Positions 62,187-64,000 of a stretch of DNA of 64,000 nt are shown here, one piece after another. Position 1 is the stretch's first letter; the number at the start of each line of letters is the position of its first letter. Under the pieces are notes generated by a model that saw only the letters and a list, made by a program, of their open reading frames with translations, was not told where the DNA came from and made no database searches. The DNA comes from Anthoceros angustus. Taxonomy: Eukaryota > Plantae > Anthocerotophyta. A program made the position numbers and the translations under genes. Where the stretch lies: assembly GCA_010909165.1 (NCBI GenBank), contig MU008209.1, positions 394,919-458,918 of the forward strand, written 5' to 3'.

Positions 62187-64000
62187 GAGGGCCCCAGCAT
62201 TGGGATTCTCCAGTCCCATACTCGGGACAGCCGGTGGAGGCTCAACACCGAGACTCCGCAGTCCCATACTCGGACCGCGGAATCTCACTTGGCCTCAATT
62301 CCCACACTGGATCGACAGGCGAGTCCCAATGCAAGGCACCTTCAGCTCCATGCCAAGGACTGCGAGGAGAAGCCCATCATCGGGCCTCCAGTCCCATACT
62401 CGGGACAGCCGGAACTGCCGGTGGATCCCACATGGGCAGCCTTACAGCGTTTGGTGGTATTGCCCACCACCATGGACCATGTTACGATGGTGGGAGTGAC
62501 AAGGCAGGCCACCCATAGCCATGAGGAGGGCCAGCCACTTGAGGAGGCGCGCACCTATGCTTCCCAGCGCGCGCGGAGTACTCGGGAGCACCCCCGCATT
62601 TAGCCCACCAATCGCATGAATGTGCGAGTGAGCAATGCCATGGTGGACAATAGGGAAGGCCATGTCACGGTGAATGGCTATGCTCCCAAGCTTGTGCTCT
62701 TGGACACGGGGCACCGTGATCATTGGCAAGGCTCTCGCCGAGTTGAACTTGCGAACGACACTCCGCCATTCACCACGGAACATCGGGACAGCCTGGCCCT
62801 GTGGAACTGTGTGGAGAGCTGTTCAGCCAGCCATCACGCTCAAGCTCGGACAGTACCGCCATGACATTGGCCATTCATTGCCTTGTCACACGACTTAACT
62901 ACGATGTCCTTCTCGGACAGGAGTTTTTGTTTCCACCCGGCATCAGCGTGGACAATTGGACAGAGCAAGCTCACTATCGCCCCGATTGGCGTAGTGGAGG
63001 TCAGCAAGTGGCGCACTTTCCCTTGAATCTGCATGGCGGATTGGACACCGAGGTCGCCACTGTCCTAGCTACTCCAGTCCTTATGGCGACCATTCAGGCT
63101 GTCCCGAGGTGCTCACGATGACGGCATTTGAGTGACATCTTGGAGCTTGCCGACTTGGATCGAGATCACGAGGCCGACCATTTGGTCACGCGCCTAGGAG
63201 ACACTCCACCATCATTCAAAGTGTCCGACCTGGTTCAGCAAGCTCTTCCACGAGTGCAGCAAGCTCTGCAGCTTCAGCACTCCCCTTGGGCGGGCACCTT
63301 CCACCACAATGAGCGGATCATCACGTGACCACTGCATTACTTTCTGGGCTGTTTGGGGGCATTTGCACAGGTCTGGAGGCCCTTTTGCTGAATGGCATCT
63401 TGGTCAGTCGTTACATTTATTGTGACCATTGTCCCAAGGCGCAATGCATTGCTGCTTTTCGCCTTCAGGAGCTGCGGCAGCGATTCCCTTCACTACTTCC
63501 CGCCAATGCTATCTCAGGCACCTTTTCTACAGTGCCCCAAGACATCCAGCTGTTGCAGCGCCGCCACATTCAGCTCCTGGCCCCCATCCACTTCGTGATT
63601 GCGGGATGGGAATGCCAAGGATTTTCTCAAGCCGGCACAGGGGGAGGATTACAAGACCCACGAACCGCCTTGTTTTGGGACCTTCACCGCATCTTGGTGG
63701 ATGTTCAGCACTTCAGCCTGGCTGCGCTTACTTGGAGAACACCTCGGCACTGGACACTCTACCGCAAGTTCGCCAAGACATGGCCATCATCCAAGCATGT
63801 GGGCACGCCCTTGCTCATAGATGCTGTCGAGTTGGCGGTTCGCTCATCGCTGCGAAACTATTGGACCAACTGGCCCCTCAACCTTGCTAGAGTTGGTGGT
63901 CACCCGCACTACTCGGGACCCCACTCTCAAGCTCTCCGATGTGTTGGACCCTTGGCATCAGCCACGGGCTGTGGCAGTGCCGGCGTGCACCTTGGTACCG
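62187..64000 (+). mobile_element. Family A internal fragment (gag-PR linker, protease, DNMT domain), running off the window end
   Basis: Reverse-complement homology to about 31930-29380, with a single protease copy. Confidence 0.85.
63330..64000 (+). pseudogene. DNMT3-like C5 cytosine methyltransferase domain (clearest copy)
   Basis: LFGGICTGLEALLLNGILVSRYIYCD (from 63349); AGWECQGFSQAGTGGGLQDPRTALFWDL (from 63601); YLENT (63729); AHR.RNYWTN (63842-63870). Confidence 0.88.

Overview
Eukaryotic, almost entirely transposon-derived window, probably from a streptophyte (inferred from a Met-PBS copia, an Asp-PBS Athila/Tat-like gypsy and GT-AG introns). Nearly every ORF is broken by small indels, so genuine decay cannot be separated from sequencing or assembly error. 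It is a deep nest: a spliced ParB-like gene with a probable DNA amino-methyltransferase-like C-terminus (2355-4997 plus about 45950-47086) is split by a copia element (5153-45814). That copia contains an unclassified element X, which contains gypsy family A (15249-36160, minus strand), which contains gypsy family C (18011-27148, minus strand). Main result: families A and C share the architecture gag-protease-DNMT3-like C5 cytosine methyltransferase-RT-RNase H-DDE integrase-PHD finger. They lack ordinary paired LTRs and instead have split direct repeats (A1-internal-B1-A2-B2), an arrangement known from tyrosine-recombinase retrotransposons. Each also has a perfect 12-nt self-complementary primer site directly after A1 (Tf1-like self-priming) and a conserved G-rich tract at the B1 border. 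The right third holds a second copia, an Athila/Tat-like gypsy and a third family-A fragment that carries the DNMT domain. All domain calls are by-eye motif recognition; no searches were run.
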